Shown: positions 1 to 8,590 of the stretch, piece by piece
Layout of the letters: each line of letters opens with the position of its first letter
Position numbering within the stretch: the stretch's first letter is position 1
NCBI RefSeq assembly: GCF_025998535.1
Contig: NZ_AP024233.1
Coordinates: 1,369,219-1,401,218 of the forward strand
DNA from: Desulfolithobacter dissulfuricans
Lineage (GTDB): Bacteria > Desulfobacterota > Desulfobulbia > Desulfobulbales > Desulfobulbaceae
Direction of reading: 5' to 3'
DNA length: 32,000 nt
The notes under the pieces: model-generated
What the model was told of the DNA's origin: nothing
The model's input: the letters and a program-made list of their open reading frames with translations, nothing else
Databases searched by the model: none
Translations under genes and position numbers: made by a program

Positions 1-2
1 CC

Positions 3-1187
3 CTGGAAGGGCAGGGTGAGAGGCCCGAGCATGCCAGGGATTACGGAGTGGTGGGCTGCGTGGAGTTGGTCAGCTGCGGCCGGGATTACCCGGCCTCGAG
101 CTCCATTATGCTCAACCTGGTGGCACCGCTGGAGATGGCCCTGTTCAGCGGCCGGCGACCCATCACCGGCTCCGAGCAGATCGGGCCGGTCACCCCCGAC
201 CCGGCCACCATGACTTCCTTTGCCGACTTCAAAGAGGCCTTCTATACCCAGCTCGACTGGCTCATCGAGAACGCCATCGAGCTCAATGAACAGATGGGTG
301 TCATCCATCAGGAGATGCTGCCCTCACCCCTGCTGTCCGCTTTTTTCGAAGGGCCGATGGAGAAGGGCCGCGATCTTATCCACGGCGGCTCGATCTACAA
401 CTCGTCCGGGGCTACCCATATCGGCTTTGCCGACGTGGTCGATTCCTTAAACGGTATCGAGCACGCGGTCTTCAATGAAAAGAAATGCACCTTTGCTGAA
501 CTGATCGAGGCCATCCGGTCCGGTTTTTCCGGCCGGGATCACGAAACGCTGCGGGTCTACCTGCAGAACCGTTGTCCCAAGTTCGGCACCGAACACCCCA
601 TTGCCCTGCGCAACTCCAGGGAACTGGTGGATCACCTGTTCACTGTCTACCAGTCGCACACCAACTACCGTGGCGGTCCTTACCGTCCAGCCTTCTGGAC
701 CATGACCAACCACGCCGGGCTGGGCGGCATTACCGGCGCGCTGCCCAGCGGCCGCAAGCCACACAGTGTCCTGGCCAGTGGCATCACCCCTGTCTCCGGC
801 GCAGCCCCGGAGCTCACCGCCTGCCTCAACGCGGTGTCCTACCTTGGCGGCCTTCAGGTCCCCGGCGGCTGGGCCTTCAACCTCAAGTACTCCCCGGAAC
901 CTGACCAGGAGATCATGAAAAAGCGGTTTGCCCAGACCATGGAAGCCTACTTCCTGTCCGGCGGCCACCAGGTCCAGTTCAACATCATGACCTATGAGAT
1001 GCTCCTTGATGCCAAGGCCCATCCGGACGAATATCCGGAGCTCATGGTCCGGGTATCCGGTTACTCGGCCTATTACAAGGATCTCAACGAGATGATGCAG
1101 GATGAACTCATAACCCGCACCCAATACGATCTCGACAGCGGTGCGGCAGTGCCTTTCCCAGGTAACACTGCAGGGAGGGATGCGTGA
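3..1187 (+). CDS. Glycyl radical enzyme (pyruvate formate-lyase-like superfamily), 3' part; 5' end is outside the window
   Basis: Frame 3 is open to the window edge. Contains the GCVE thiyl-cysteine motif (Cys codon about 57-59) and the C-terminal glycyl radical motif RVSGYSAYYKDLNEMMQDELITRTQYD. A glycyl-radical activase lies downstream. Confidence 0.93.
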   Translation: MEGQGERPEHARDYGVVGCVELVSCGRDYPASSSIMLNLVAPLEMALFSGRRPITGSEQIGPVTPDPATMTSFADFKEAFYTQLDWLIENAIELNEQMGVIHQEMLPSPLLSAFFEGPMEKGRDLIHGGSIYNSSGATHIGFADVVDSLNGIEHAVFNEKKCTFAELIEAIRSGFSGRDHETLRVYLQNRCPKFGTEHPIALRNSRELVDHLFTVYQSHTNYRGGPYRPAFWTMTNHAGLGGITGALPSGRKPHSVLASGITPVSGAAPELTACLNAVSYLGGLQVPGGWAFNLKYSPEPDQEIMKKRFAQTMEAYFLSGGHQVQFNIMTYEMLLDAKAHPDEYPELMVRVSGYSAYYKDLNEMMQDELITRTQYDLDSGAAVPFPGNTAGRDA

Positions 1188-1666
1188 TGTTCGACTTTCT
1201 CAAAAAACTTGACCTGGATGATTTTGAGATCAGCCGCCTCGATGACATGCTGATCCAGAACCTGTGGGCCAGCTTCAGGGAATGTACCGAGTCGGAAGCT
1301 GCCGAGGAGTTTCTCCAGTTGCTCCTCACGCTGATGATGGTCATGTTTCGCCTGAACCGCGACTACCGACAAAACATCCAGGATTTTAACGGCCGCTACC
1401 AGTTTCTCAGCAAGGATGGTGAGATTACCGTTGCCGCCATTTTCCGGGATGGCCGCATGGAGGTCAGGGAGGCCGTCATCCCGGACCCGCATATCACCAT
1501 CACCTTCCGGGACGGAAGAGCCCTGTTCAACTACCTCATCTCGCCGCGCCAGGATATCATCGGTTCCATCCTCCGGCACGACGTGGAGACCGATGGCAAC
1601 CTCAACTACCTCTACCGATTTGGCTATCTTGCCAAGCAACTCCTGGAAATGGCACCTGGCCAGTGA
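1184..1666 (+). CDS. Small 160-aa protein, SCP2 sterol-transfer-like, translationally coupled between glycyl radical enzyme and activase
   Basis: ATGA overlap with the upstream CDS and GTGA overlap with the downstream CDS. The C-terminal half (FNGRYQFLSKDGEITVAAIFRDGRMEV...PDPHITITFRDGRALFNYLISPRQDIIGSILRHDVETDGNLNYLYRFGYLAKQL) resembles SCP2-type folds. Confidence 0.75.
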   Translation: MMFDFLKKLDLDDFEISRLDDMLIQNLWASFRECTESEAAEEFLQLLLTLMMVMFRLNRDYRQNIQDFNGRYQFLSKDGEITVAAIFRDGRMEVREAVIPDPHITITFRDGRALFNYLISPRQDIIGSILRHDVETDGNLNYLYRFGYLAKQLLEMAPGQ

Positions 1667-2520
1667 AGCGAGGCCGTATAGGTTCCATAGGGCGGTATTG
1701 CCTCCACGACGGACCCGGCATTCGGACAACGGTGTTCCTTAAAGGGTGTCCCCTGCAATGTCCCTGGTGCCATAACCCGGAATTCATCAATCCAGCCCCG
1801 GAGATCGCCTTTTATCACAGCCGCTGCGTGGGCTGCGGGGAGTGCGGCGAGGTCTGCCGGGACCAGGCCATCAGCTATGCCACCCCGCTGCGGATCATCC
1901 GCAACAGATGTACCGTCTGCGGCCTCTGCGTCGAGGCCTGCCCGGCCCGGGCCCTGGAGTTTGTCGGCCAGGAGATGAGCGTGGAGGAAGTGCTGGAGAT
2001 CATCATGCGCGACCAGCACTTCTACGAGGTCTCGGGCGGCGGGGTCACCCTGTCCGGCGGCGAGCCCACGGTGCAGATGGAGTTCATCTCCGCCCTGCTG
2101 AAGGAACTCAAAGCCAGGGGAGTCCACACTGCCATCCAGACCAGCGGTTACTTTGTCTGGGAGGAGTTTGCCAGTGGGCCCCTGCCGCTGCTCGATCTCA
2201 TCTTCATGGATATCAAAATAGCTGACCCTCGGGAGCACCGGCTTGTCACCGGGGTCGAGAATACGGTTATTCGGGAGAACCTGGAACGGCTTATACGTGA
2301 GTTCCCGGACAAGGAGGTCGTGGTGAGAATACCCATTGTTCCGGGGTACACGGCCTTTGCGGAAAACCTCTATGCTCTTTCCTCCTGGCTTGAAGATATC
2401 GGTGCCCGGCAGGTGGTTCTCCTGCCGTTCCATCCGTTTGGCATCTCAAAGGCTGAAAATATCGGCAGGCAGGTGGACGAAAGACTGCCCCGCAAGTCTC
2501 TGTGCCAGGGGAGCTTTTGA
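1663..2520 (+). CDS. Glycyl-radical enzyme activating protein (radical SAM, PflA-like) with ferredoxin-type cluster insert
   Basis: GTG start overlapping the upstream TGA. DGPGIRTTVFLKGCPLQCPWCHNPE (CxxxCxxC), then CVGCGECGEVC and CTVCGLCVEACPARAL cluster motifs, and SGGEPTVQ. Confidence 0.95.
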   Translation: MKRGRIGSIGRYCLHDGPGIRTTVFLKGCPLQCPWCHNPEFINPAPEIAFYHSRCVGCGECGEVCRDQAISYATPLRIIRNRCTVCGLCVEACPARALEFVGQEMSVEEVLEIIMRDQHFYEVSGGGVTLSGGEPTVQMEFISALLKELKARGVHTAIQTSGYFVWEEFASGPLPLLDLIFMDIKIADPREHRLVTGVENTVIRENLERLIREFPDKEVVVRIPIVPGYTAFAENLYALSSWLEDIGARQVVLLPFHPFGISKAENIGRQVDERLPRKSLCQGSF

Positions 2521-3258
2521 AGTGGCAGAGTCTTTTTCAGTGGGCTGAAGAAAAGGAGTAGAGATCATGCTGTTGAAAAAGGGAATACAGAACCAGAGGG
2601 TGGAGGAACTGCAGAAACGGCTCCAGGAACTGGGCTACGATCCGGGACCGGCGGACGGTGTCTTTGGCCCGAGGACCGAGATGGCGGTGCTCGCTTTTCA
2701 GGAGGACAAGGGTCTTTCAGTGGACGGCGTGGTCGGGCGGGAAACCTGGAACGGTCTGTTTGCCAGCCCCATACCGGAGGTAGTTTCAGAGCTGACCAGG
2801 CCACCTTCCTACAGCCAGTGTTTTGATGTCTTTGGTGATTTCCGGGTCGCAGGCTGGCAGGAACAGAGCCTGGTCCGCTGCGACCTCTCGGAGATGGCCG
2901 ATGCCCTGGGGCATATCTACATCAGCTGGCTCACCGAAGACGACAAGGCCTTTGTCCATCATAACTGATTTGGTTTTGTCTGTCACCGCCTGGTGGCGCC
3001 CCATATCCAGGCCGCCTTCCAGACCGTGGTGGAACGGGGCCTGGCCGACAAAATCCGAACCTGGGACGGCTGTTTCAATGTACGGCACATGCGCGGTGCC
3101 GGCCAGTGGTCTACCCATTCCTGGGGCATTGCCTTTGACCTGGATGCGCCCTGGAACCGCTTCGGACAGCGGAACTTTGCCATGGATGAAGAGGTGGCAG
3201 CGTGTTTTGAAGAGGCAGGATTTGTCTGGGGCGGCCGCTGGAACCGGCCAGATGGTAT

Positions 3259-4538
3259 CACTAGTGTCCGGTTATAGTTAACTGAAATCAAATAACATTT
3301 TTTGTGGATTGTCGATTTTGTGTTTAGCAGGCGGTCGTTCAAACAGTGCCCACAAACTCTGCCTTTTGAACAGGTTTAGCTGCAGTAAACGCTGGATTTG
3401 AGTAATTGACTGGCCGAGATTTGCCAGGAACTTCATATACGCGAGGACCAGCATGGTGATCAAGGCAACCCAAATCTGCGTCATGACAGCGTTGCGACTG
3501 GTGCCCAGGAAGGTCTTGATCTTCAGGTTCTGCTTGATCCACTTGAAAAACAGCTCGATCTTCCAGCGATCCTTGTAGATATCGGCAATGGTCTTGGCGG
3601 CAAGGTGAAAATTATTGGTCAGAAAAAAGTACTGCTTGCCAGTCTCTGGGTCTCTATAGCCGATCCTGCGTAATGGAATGGGACAGTCACCGGCCTTGGG
3701 GCCGGTCAGGATAATGGTCTGATCAGAGGTGAGTCCTTTGTTTTTGAGGACAGAGCGCCGTTCAACGACACGGTACTTGATGTTGCTTTTGAGACGGGTG
3801 ACGAGGTAATTTCTTCTCTCATTGAGTTGATAGAGCCAGGCAAAATCGATATAGGCTCTGTCTGCAGCCACGATGGAACCGGCAGGTAGTGCCAGTGTTC
3901 TCGCAAAGGCAAGATCTGAAGTCTTGGCATCGGTGATACTGGCGAATTGCGGAATATGGCCATCGTGATCAAGGACGGCATGCAACTTGATGCCGCCTTT
4001 GGCGGAACGAAACCTGGCCCAGGGAAAAACCGACAGACAAAGATCGATGGTGGAGGCATCAAGCGAATAGAGCTTGTTTTTGAACCGAAACTTTTTTTTA
4101 CCCGGCGCGATGGCACCACAGCGCTGATATGTTTTCTCGAAAAAGGCCTGGAAGAATTCAGCAGTCCGGTTGTTGTTTGCATCGGCAAGGGTGGATTTCT
4201 TCACCGGTTTTAATCCAAGGTGGTACAACCTGCCCGCCTGGGCCTGCAGGGACGCACTGATATCCCGAAGGCTTGCTCTACCGGTGATTTGCGCAAACAT
4301 CATGGTTGTAAATTGTCCCCAGCGGCTCAACGCGCGGTATGTACGCTGGGGCCGAAACTGACCATTTTCCAGCGTTTGAAAATCATGTCTGTCAATAAGT
4401 TTGAGCAATTGAGCGAGTACCGTGTTATTATGCGCCATGGCCTGAATCTCCTTTTATGTTAAGTTGTTAGCGGTAACAATAATATACACGAAAGGAGCTC
4501 TTCAGGCCGTATCTATTTTCCTTAACCGGACAGCAGTG
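3259..4538 (-). mobile_element. IS4-like insertion sequence, 1280 bp
   Basis: Imperfect terminal inverted repeats CACTAGTGTCCGGTTATAG / CACTGCTGTCCGGTTAAGG. 9-bp direct repeat AGATGGTAT at 3250-3258 and 4539-4547. Confidence 0.92.
3278..4438 (-). CDS. IS4-like DDE transposase, 386 aa
   Basis: Full-length ORF with DDE-type features (YSLDASTIDLCLSVFPWARFR, DRWKIELFFKWIKQNLKIKTFLGTS). Confidence 0.94.
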   Translation of the reverse strand: MAHNNTVLAQLLKLIDRHDFQTLENGQFRPQRTYRALSRWGQFTTMMFAQITGRASLRDISASLQAQAGRLYHLGLKPVKKSTLADANNNRTAEFFQAFFEKTYQRCGAIAPGKKKFRFKNKLYSLDASTIDLCLSVFPWARFRSAKGGIKLHAVLDHDGHIPQFASITDAKTSDLAFARTLALPAGSIVAADRAYIDFAWLYQLNERRNYLVTRLKSNIKYRVVERRSVLKNKGLTSDQTIILTGPKAGDCPIPLRRIGYRDPETGKQYFFLTNNFHLAAKTIADIYKDRWKIELFFKWIKQNLKIKTFLGTSRNAVMTQIWVALITMLVLAYMKFLANLGQSITQIQRLLQLNLFKRQSLWALFERPPAKHKIDNPQKMLFDFS

Positions 4539-4604
4539 AGATGGTATGCATTTCCAGTACTGCACCGTGAGATAATCGGCAAACCGATAAGGGGAGGGAG
4601 CACA

Positions 4605-5576
4605 ATGAATATCGAGTTTCATTACAACATCACCTACATCCTTGCCAGAAAAGCCCGGTTTGACAGCCAGGATGCCTTTATCCTGGCCTATTCCAGCCAG
4701 TACGTGGATGACAACGCCTTCCACTACTACATAAATTACCCCGATGGGGGCCATTTCATATCCGAGGTCTCCCAGACCATGGATATCACCAAGCCCTCAC
4801 CCAAGCGGCAGAAGATCTATCCCCTGTTCCATTTCATTCCCGGTGATCCGGACAGCCCCACGGCCCGGCGCAAGGATGGCAAGACCCATCCCTTCAACAC
4901 CACCCCGGACAGCGAAAATGCCCGCTACCTGCTTCAGCGGGCCCTGGCTTCAGGTGATCTCTACCGCATGGGTGTGGCCTTGCACGCCTACGCCGACACC
5001 TGGGCCCACCAGAACTTTCTCGGCCTGAAAAATAAGTTCAACGCCTTGCCCGGCCTTGTCGAGTCTCTCATCCCTAATATCGGCCACGCCGATGCCAAGC
5101 ATGAACCGGACACGGTGAATAACCGCTGGAAAGACGACCGTTTGGTGGAGGAGCTTGAGGTGGTCGACAATAACGACCGTTTCATCCAGGCGGCGGAAAA
5201 GATCTTCAAAACTCTGTGGCAGGTGAAAAATTCCGATCAGGATGACCCGACCCCCCTCTGGCAGGAACTGAAAAAACAGCTTCTGACCGCCATGGACGAG
5301 ACCTACCTCCTGGGCGCCGATGACCGGGCCAGAAAAAAGGCCTATCGCAAAATCTGCGACGACATGCCCGACTACGACGAAAACCGGTGGCGCTACGCGG
5401 CCGTGGAAAAGCGAGAGTTTGAAATCGATCTGTTCGACAAGTACTGGGCCAAAGGCAGCCGGGAAGAATTCGAACAGTCCGACTGGTACAGGTTCCAGCA
5501 GGCCGTTATCGCCCACCGCGAAGACGCTCTGAAAAGACTGCACCCCCTGTACGAGGCAGAACATTTTCCGGCCTGA
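4605..5576 (+). CDS. DUF6765-like family protein
   Basis: The ATG at 4605 is preceded by GGGAGGGAG. Protein MNIEFHYNITYILARKARF...YLLQRALASGDLYRMGVALHAYADTWAHQNF resembles DUF6765-type proteins by recall. The track ORF starting at 4464 begins inside the IS and is not the likely start. Confidence 0.7.
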   Translation: MNIEFHYNITYILARKARFDSQDAFILAYSSQYVDDNAFHYYINYPDGGHFISEVSQTMDITKPSPKRQKIYPLFHFIPGDPDSPTARRKDGKTHPFNTTPDSENARYLLQRALASGDLYRMGVALHAYADTWAHQNFLGLKNKFNALPGLVESLIPNIGHADAKHEPDTVNNRWKDDRLVEELEVVDNNDRFIQAAEKIFKTLWQVKNSDQDDPTPLWQELKKQLLTAMDETYLLGADDRARKKAYRKICDDMPDYDENRWRYAAVEKREFEIDLFDKYWAKGSREEFEQSDWYRFQQAVIAHREDALKRLHPLYEAEHFPA

Positions 5577-5742
5577 GCGTAACTGGCTTCAAGATATCAA
5601 AACAGGACAAAAGGCCTGAAAACACCATTGCTATCAAACCTGTCAGGCATTCTGCCATGATAATAACTTGTTGGGTTTGCAGCAGTTCCTGGCCAAAAGC
5701 CAACCCCAGGCAAGAATGGGAGATAGACTCCTGTTTCTGATA

Positions 5743-6942
5743 TCACGCTGGCTTGACGGGATTTTTTTGGTATGTGGCGCTTGGTTCGCCGTCAATATAG
5801 ATGCCTTCCAGATAGGAGAGTTTTCTCGGGAGCTGTTTCACCGTGCCCCTGGCAATCAGGAAAGTTGCTCTCCGCCCAACGGTAAGCGTGCCCAGCTTCT
5901 CCATGCCGAAGAACCTGGCTCCGTTTTCCGATGCGCACCGGATAGTCTCCGCCAGTGAATAGCCGGCCTTGATGAACAATTTCATCTCCTCGACCATCGA
6001 CTCGCCATGGAGTATGCCAACACTGCCGGCACCGGTTCCCACAGCCGTTGTCACCCCCAGTTTTCTGGCAGACCGCAGTTGCGTCAGTTGCCCGGCGAGC
6101 ATCTTTTTCCAGAAAGCCTCTGCGCCGGGGTCCGACTTTCCCGGTGCCACATAGCGCTGCGAGAACCGGCAGCACACATCCCCGCCGGTCCCGGCACCGT
6201 CCAGAGCATTCTTGGCCCGCAGTACACTGGGTATCCACAGCACATTCTTTTCCGCCATTTTCCTGAGATTGTCTTCGCCCATAAGGTATCCCTGCTCGAT
6301 GGCATCGCACCCTGCCTCAAGCGCCTCCTCAACCTGTTGCGGGCCATTGGCCACCACTATCGCCTTTTTTCCTCCTCTGTGCTGCAGAATGCGGCACAGG
6401 TCTTCATGGTCTAGCCGTGGATGTGGGGCTCCCTCGTCTTCGATATTGCCGGAATAACCGATCTTGAGATAATCAGCTCCTGCCGGGTAGCCAGCTGCAA
6501 CGTCCTGCCAGCTCCGGCAGAGTCGTCCGCATGTTCTAAGGTTAATTATAATCCCCTGCGTCATTCTCTCCTGAGAACGTGCCACCAGGTCGGTTATATC
6601 ATCGCTGTCGGCCACTCCAAGCACTCCGTGTGCATGGCAGTAACGGATATGCTGCTCCACCATGGCGGCCTTTTTCGCAAAGCCGGCTTCTTCAATGGAT
6701 AACCTTACCATCCTGTCCACGGAGGGCGATTGCGACAGGGAGACGCTGCAGTCAACCAGCGCCGGCAAAATGGTACAGTGCGTGAAATCGTCGATTGCAG
6801 CCCCGTCGTTGCGAGGAAGATCCGCTGCGGAGCCCATGGCGGTAATAATGCCGTCCTTCACTGCCAGAAAGACATTCCTGCGCACATCGGCGCCGCTACC
6901 GTCGATAAAACTTCCCGCCACTATGAATCGTGTTCCGCCCAT
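5743..6942 (-). CDS. Amidohydrolase family protein (imidazolonepropionase-like)
   Basis: 399-aa ORF: FIVAGSFIDGSGADVRRNVFLAVKDGIITAMG at the N-terminus, ENGARFFGMEKLGTLTVGRRATFLIARG at the C-terminus. Confidence 0.85.
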   Translation of the reverse strand: MGGTRFIVAGSFIDGSGADVRRNVFLAVKDGIITAMGSAADLPRNDGAAIDDFTHCTILPALVDCSVSLSQSPSVDRMVRLSIEEAGFAKKAAMVEQHIRYCHAHGVLGVADSDDITDLVARSQERMTQGIIINLRTCGRLCRSWQDVAAGYPAGADYLKIGYSGNIEDEGAPHPRLDHEDLCRILQHRGGKKAIVVANGPQQVEEALEAGCDAIEQGYLMGEDNLRKMAEKNVLWIPSVLRAKNALDGAGTGGDVCCRFSQRYVAPGKSDPGAEAFWKKMLAGQLTQLRSARKLGVTTAVGTGAGSVGILHGESMVEEMKLFIKAGYSLAETIRCASENGARFFGMEKLGTLTVGRRATFLIARGTVKQLPRKLSYLEGIYIDGEPSATYQKNPVKPA

Positions 6943-7798
6943 GACTGTTTTGTTTTCCTATGTTAGCGGTCGTGTTTCTGGTGAGGGTTGATAACGGGGC
7001 TCTTCATGCAACCAGGTGCGTGAAAAGAGCTTACCAAACCAAGAAAAAGGATCAAGCCTGCTGATTTATAGGCAAGTGGCATCAGGGTTATCTCTCCATT
7101 CTTGTCACACAAGCAGCAGCTGACCAACCACCTCTGCCACCTTGACCTTCCATATCTAGCCTGCCTTCCCACCCGCACTCCGTCGTTACTGCTCCGGATC
7201 AGCTTTGCTCCATCAATAAAAAAATCATCGTGTGACCTTTTTGTTACCTGAGGTGTGTTATCAAATACTGAGAGGGAATATCCCACGCGCAAAAGAAAAG
7301 CAACGGCTACATCGCCAACCACTTAGAAAGACCTGGTTGTCGTACGATACAAAGAGGTTGGCATAACATTCCATTCTTCTCTCAATCGGTTACCGGCTGG
7401 CAGTTCTTTTATACAGGTCTCTCGTTGAGACTTCCCGTTCGGCTCCAGGGATTTTTAGGCTAAGACATTCCTTGTCTGTTACCCCTGTAGCGCCGATTGT
7501 GTTGCCGGCAGTGTCAAAAGCTCGGGCTGCAATGTGCAATGTCTGAAAACAAGGCTCAGGCCTTGTGCCGTTCCGGCGTCGTGCAGCAGCATAGCGTGGA
7601 TCGTGACGAACTCGGTTGGAGGGAGAATCTGTCCGTGAATCCGTATGACGAGGGAGCAGGACGGACACCCAGTCATTACCCGGGAGGGGAAGGTGACCAT
7701 CAGTGACGCTGGTACACTTTTCATTGCCATTTTTGGCCCGGTTATATCCAGCCACTGAACCTTGGCTGCCTGAACGCCATACACCACAGGAGGGTAAC

Positions 7799-8351
7799 AT
7801 GTCTGCAAAACAATTCGTCACAATTCTAGGCCTGTCACTGGTTACTTCTTTTCTGGGCGGTCTCCTTGCGGTGTATCTCATCTCCGTGCCCTCGGCAAAG
7901 GCCCAGCATGCTTTTTTCGATGCTCTGGCGGTCGGTACGCCGCTCAGCGGCCGGGGAGAGATGGTGCGGGTGAAGGGATGGACCGTGCTTGGCCAGGCCG
8001 GGGTCCAGGGTGGGCAGCTGACCTTCATGCCGCCGGACGGAACGGGTTTCTACAGTATCGACAATCCGGGCGGCCATCGGCTGCGGTTTTCCGGTGGAGG
8101 ACGGCCAGGGCAGTATGAATACATGTCCATCAGCCATCCGGGACTGGTCAGGATCAATGGAACACTCCAGGTAATGGGCGCCATCGTCGACCGGAACGGC
8201 CAACCGTTCCAGGGGCGACGCAACCTTCCGCAGATACCGAGAGCAGCCAGGGGTGGCGGCAAGGATGATGCGGCAGGTCTCAGCAGTCTCCAGGTCCTGC
8301 GCGATGAACTTAATGCTGTCTGGGATGAACTGGAGCAGGTCCGGCAGCGGG
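7799..8351 (+). pseudogene. Hypothetical secreted or membrane-anchored protein, last codons displaced by an IS21-family insertion (continues 11015-11034)
   Basis: Good RBS (CACAGGAGGGTAAC-ATG) and N-terminal hydrophobic segment. Removing 8352-11009 and one GCGGG copy gives ...DELEQVRQRVNLLSQ*. Confidence 0.8.
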
Positions 8352-8590
8352 TGTTAATGACACTCCATATAGAGCCATTTCATGATCACCCTAATCGGGC
8401 CACCTCATGATCGCCGTAATGGAGCCACCCGATGATCAGGCTAATCGAGCCACCCTGTGATCATCTAATGGAGCCACTGGAGGATCATGGTAATCGAGCC
8501 ACTTCCTCGGATCATAATCGGTTCTCGGACTTCCAGATGATCTGGTATACCTTCGCGAAACCAGGAAAACGTTTCCATGGAGGTGTACCA

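Larger units (their letters stand above)
2567..4575 (+). pseudogene. Peptidoglycan-binding domain plus M15-type (D-Ala-D-Ala carboxypeptidase/endolysin-like) peptidase, interrupted by an in-frame TGA (2966-2968) and by an IS4-like element (3259-4538)
   Basis: 2567-2968 encodes a PG-binding repeat (RVEELQKRLQELGYDPGPADGVFGPRTEMAVLAFQ). The same frame resumes after TGA with CHRLVAPHIQAAF...DGCFNVRHMRGAGQWSTHSWGIAFDLD. Excising the IS joins AT|G to give RPDGMHFQYCTVR*, the expected C-terminal MHF motif. Confidence 0.88.

Noticed and set aside
447-1124. Long minus-strand ORFs opposite the glycyl radical enzyme and activase (also 1073-1729 and 1624-2433)
   Set aside because: They lie antisense to well-supported coding sequence in GC-rich DNA and have no recognisable family signature.
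2966-2968. In-frame TGA as selenocysteine codon
   Set aside because: No obvious SECIS hairpin was recognised, M15 peptidases do not need a redox residue there, and the local sequence looks like a short imperfect duplication. The same gene carries a second lesion.
4464-4604. N-terminal extension (MLAVTIIYTKGALQ...) of the 4464-5576 ORF
   Set aside because: Most of it lies inside the IS4-like element and the displaced end of the M15 gene. The ATG at 4605 has a good ribosome-binding site.
7390-8028. Minus-strand 212-aa ORF
   Set aside because: Overlaps the start and N-terminal half of the better-supported 7799 gene (good RBS, signal-like N-terminus) and has a low-complexity Arg/Pro-rich composition typical of shadow ORFs.
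8380-8580. Tandem GATCA...GCCAC units as a CRISPR-like array
   Set aside because: Units are about 24-25 bp, contiguous without unique spacers, and located at an IS21 terminus, so they are transposon end repeats.
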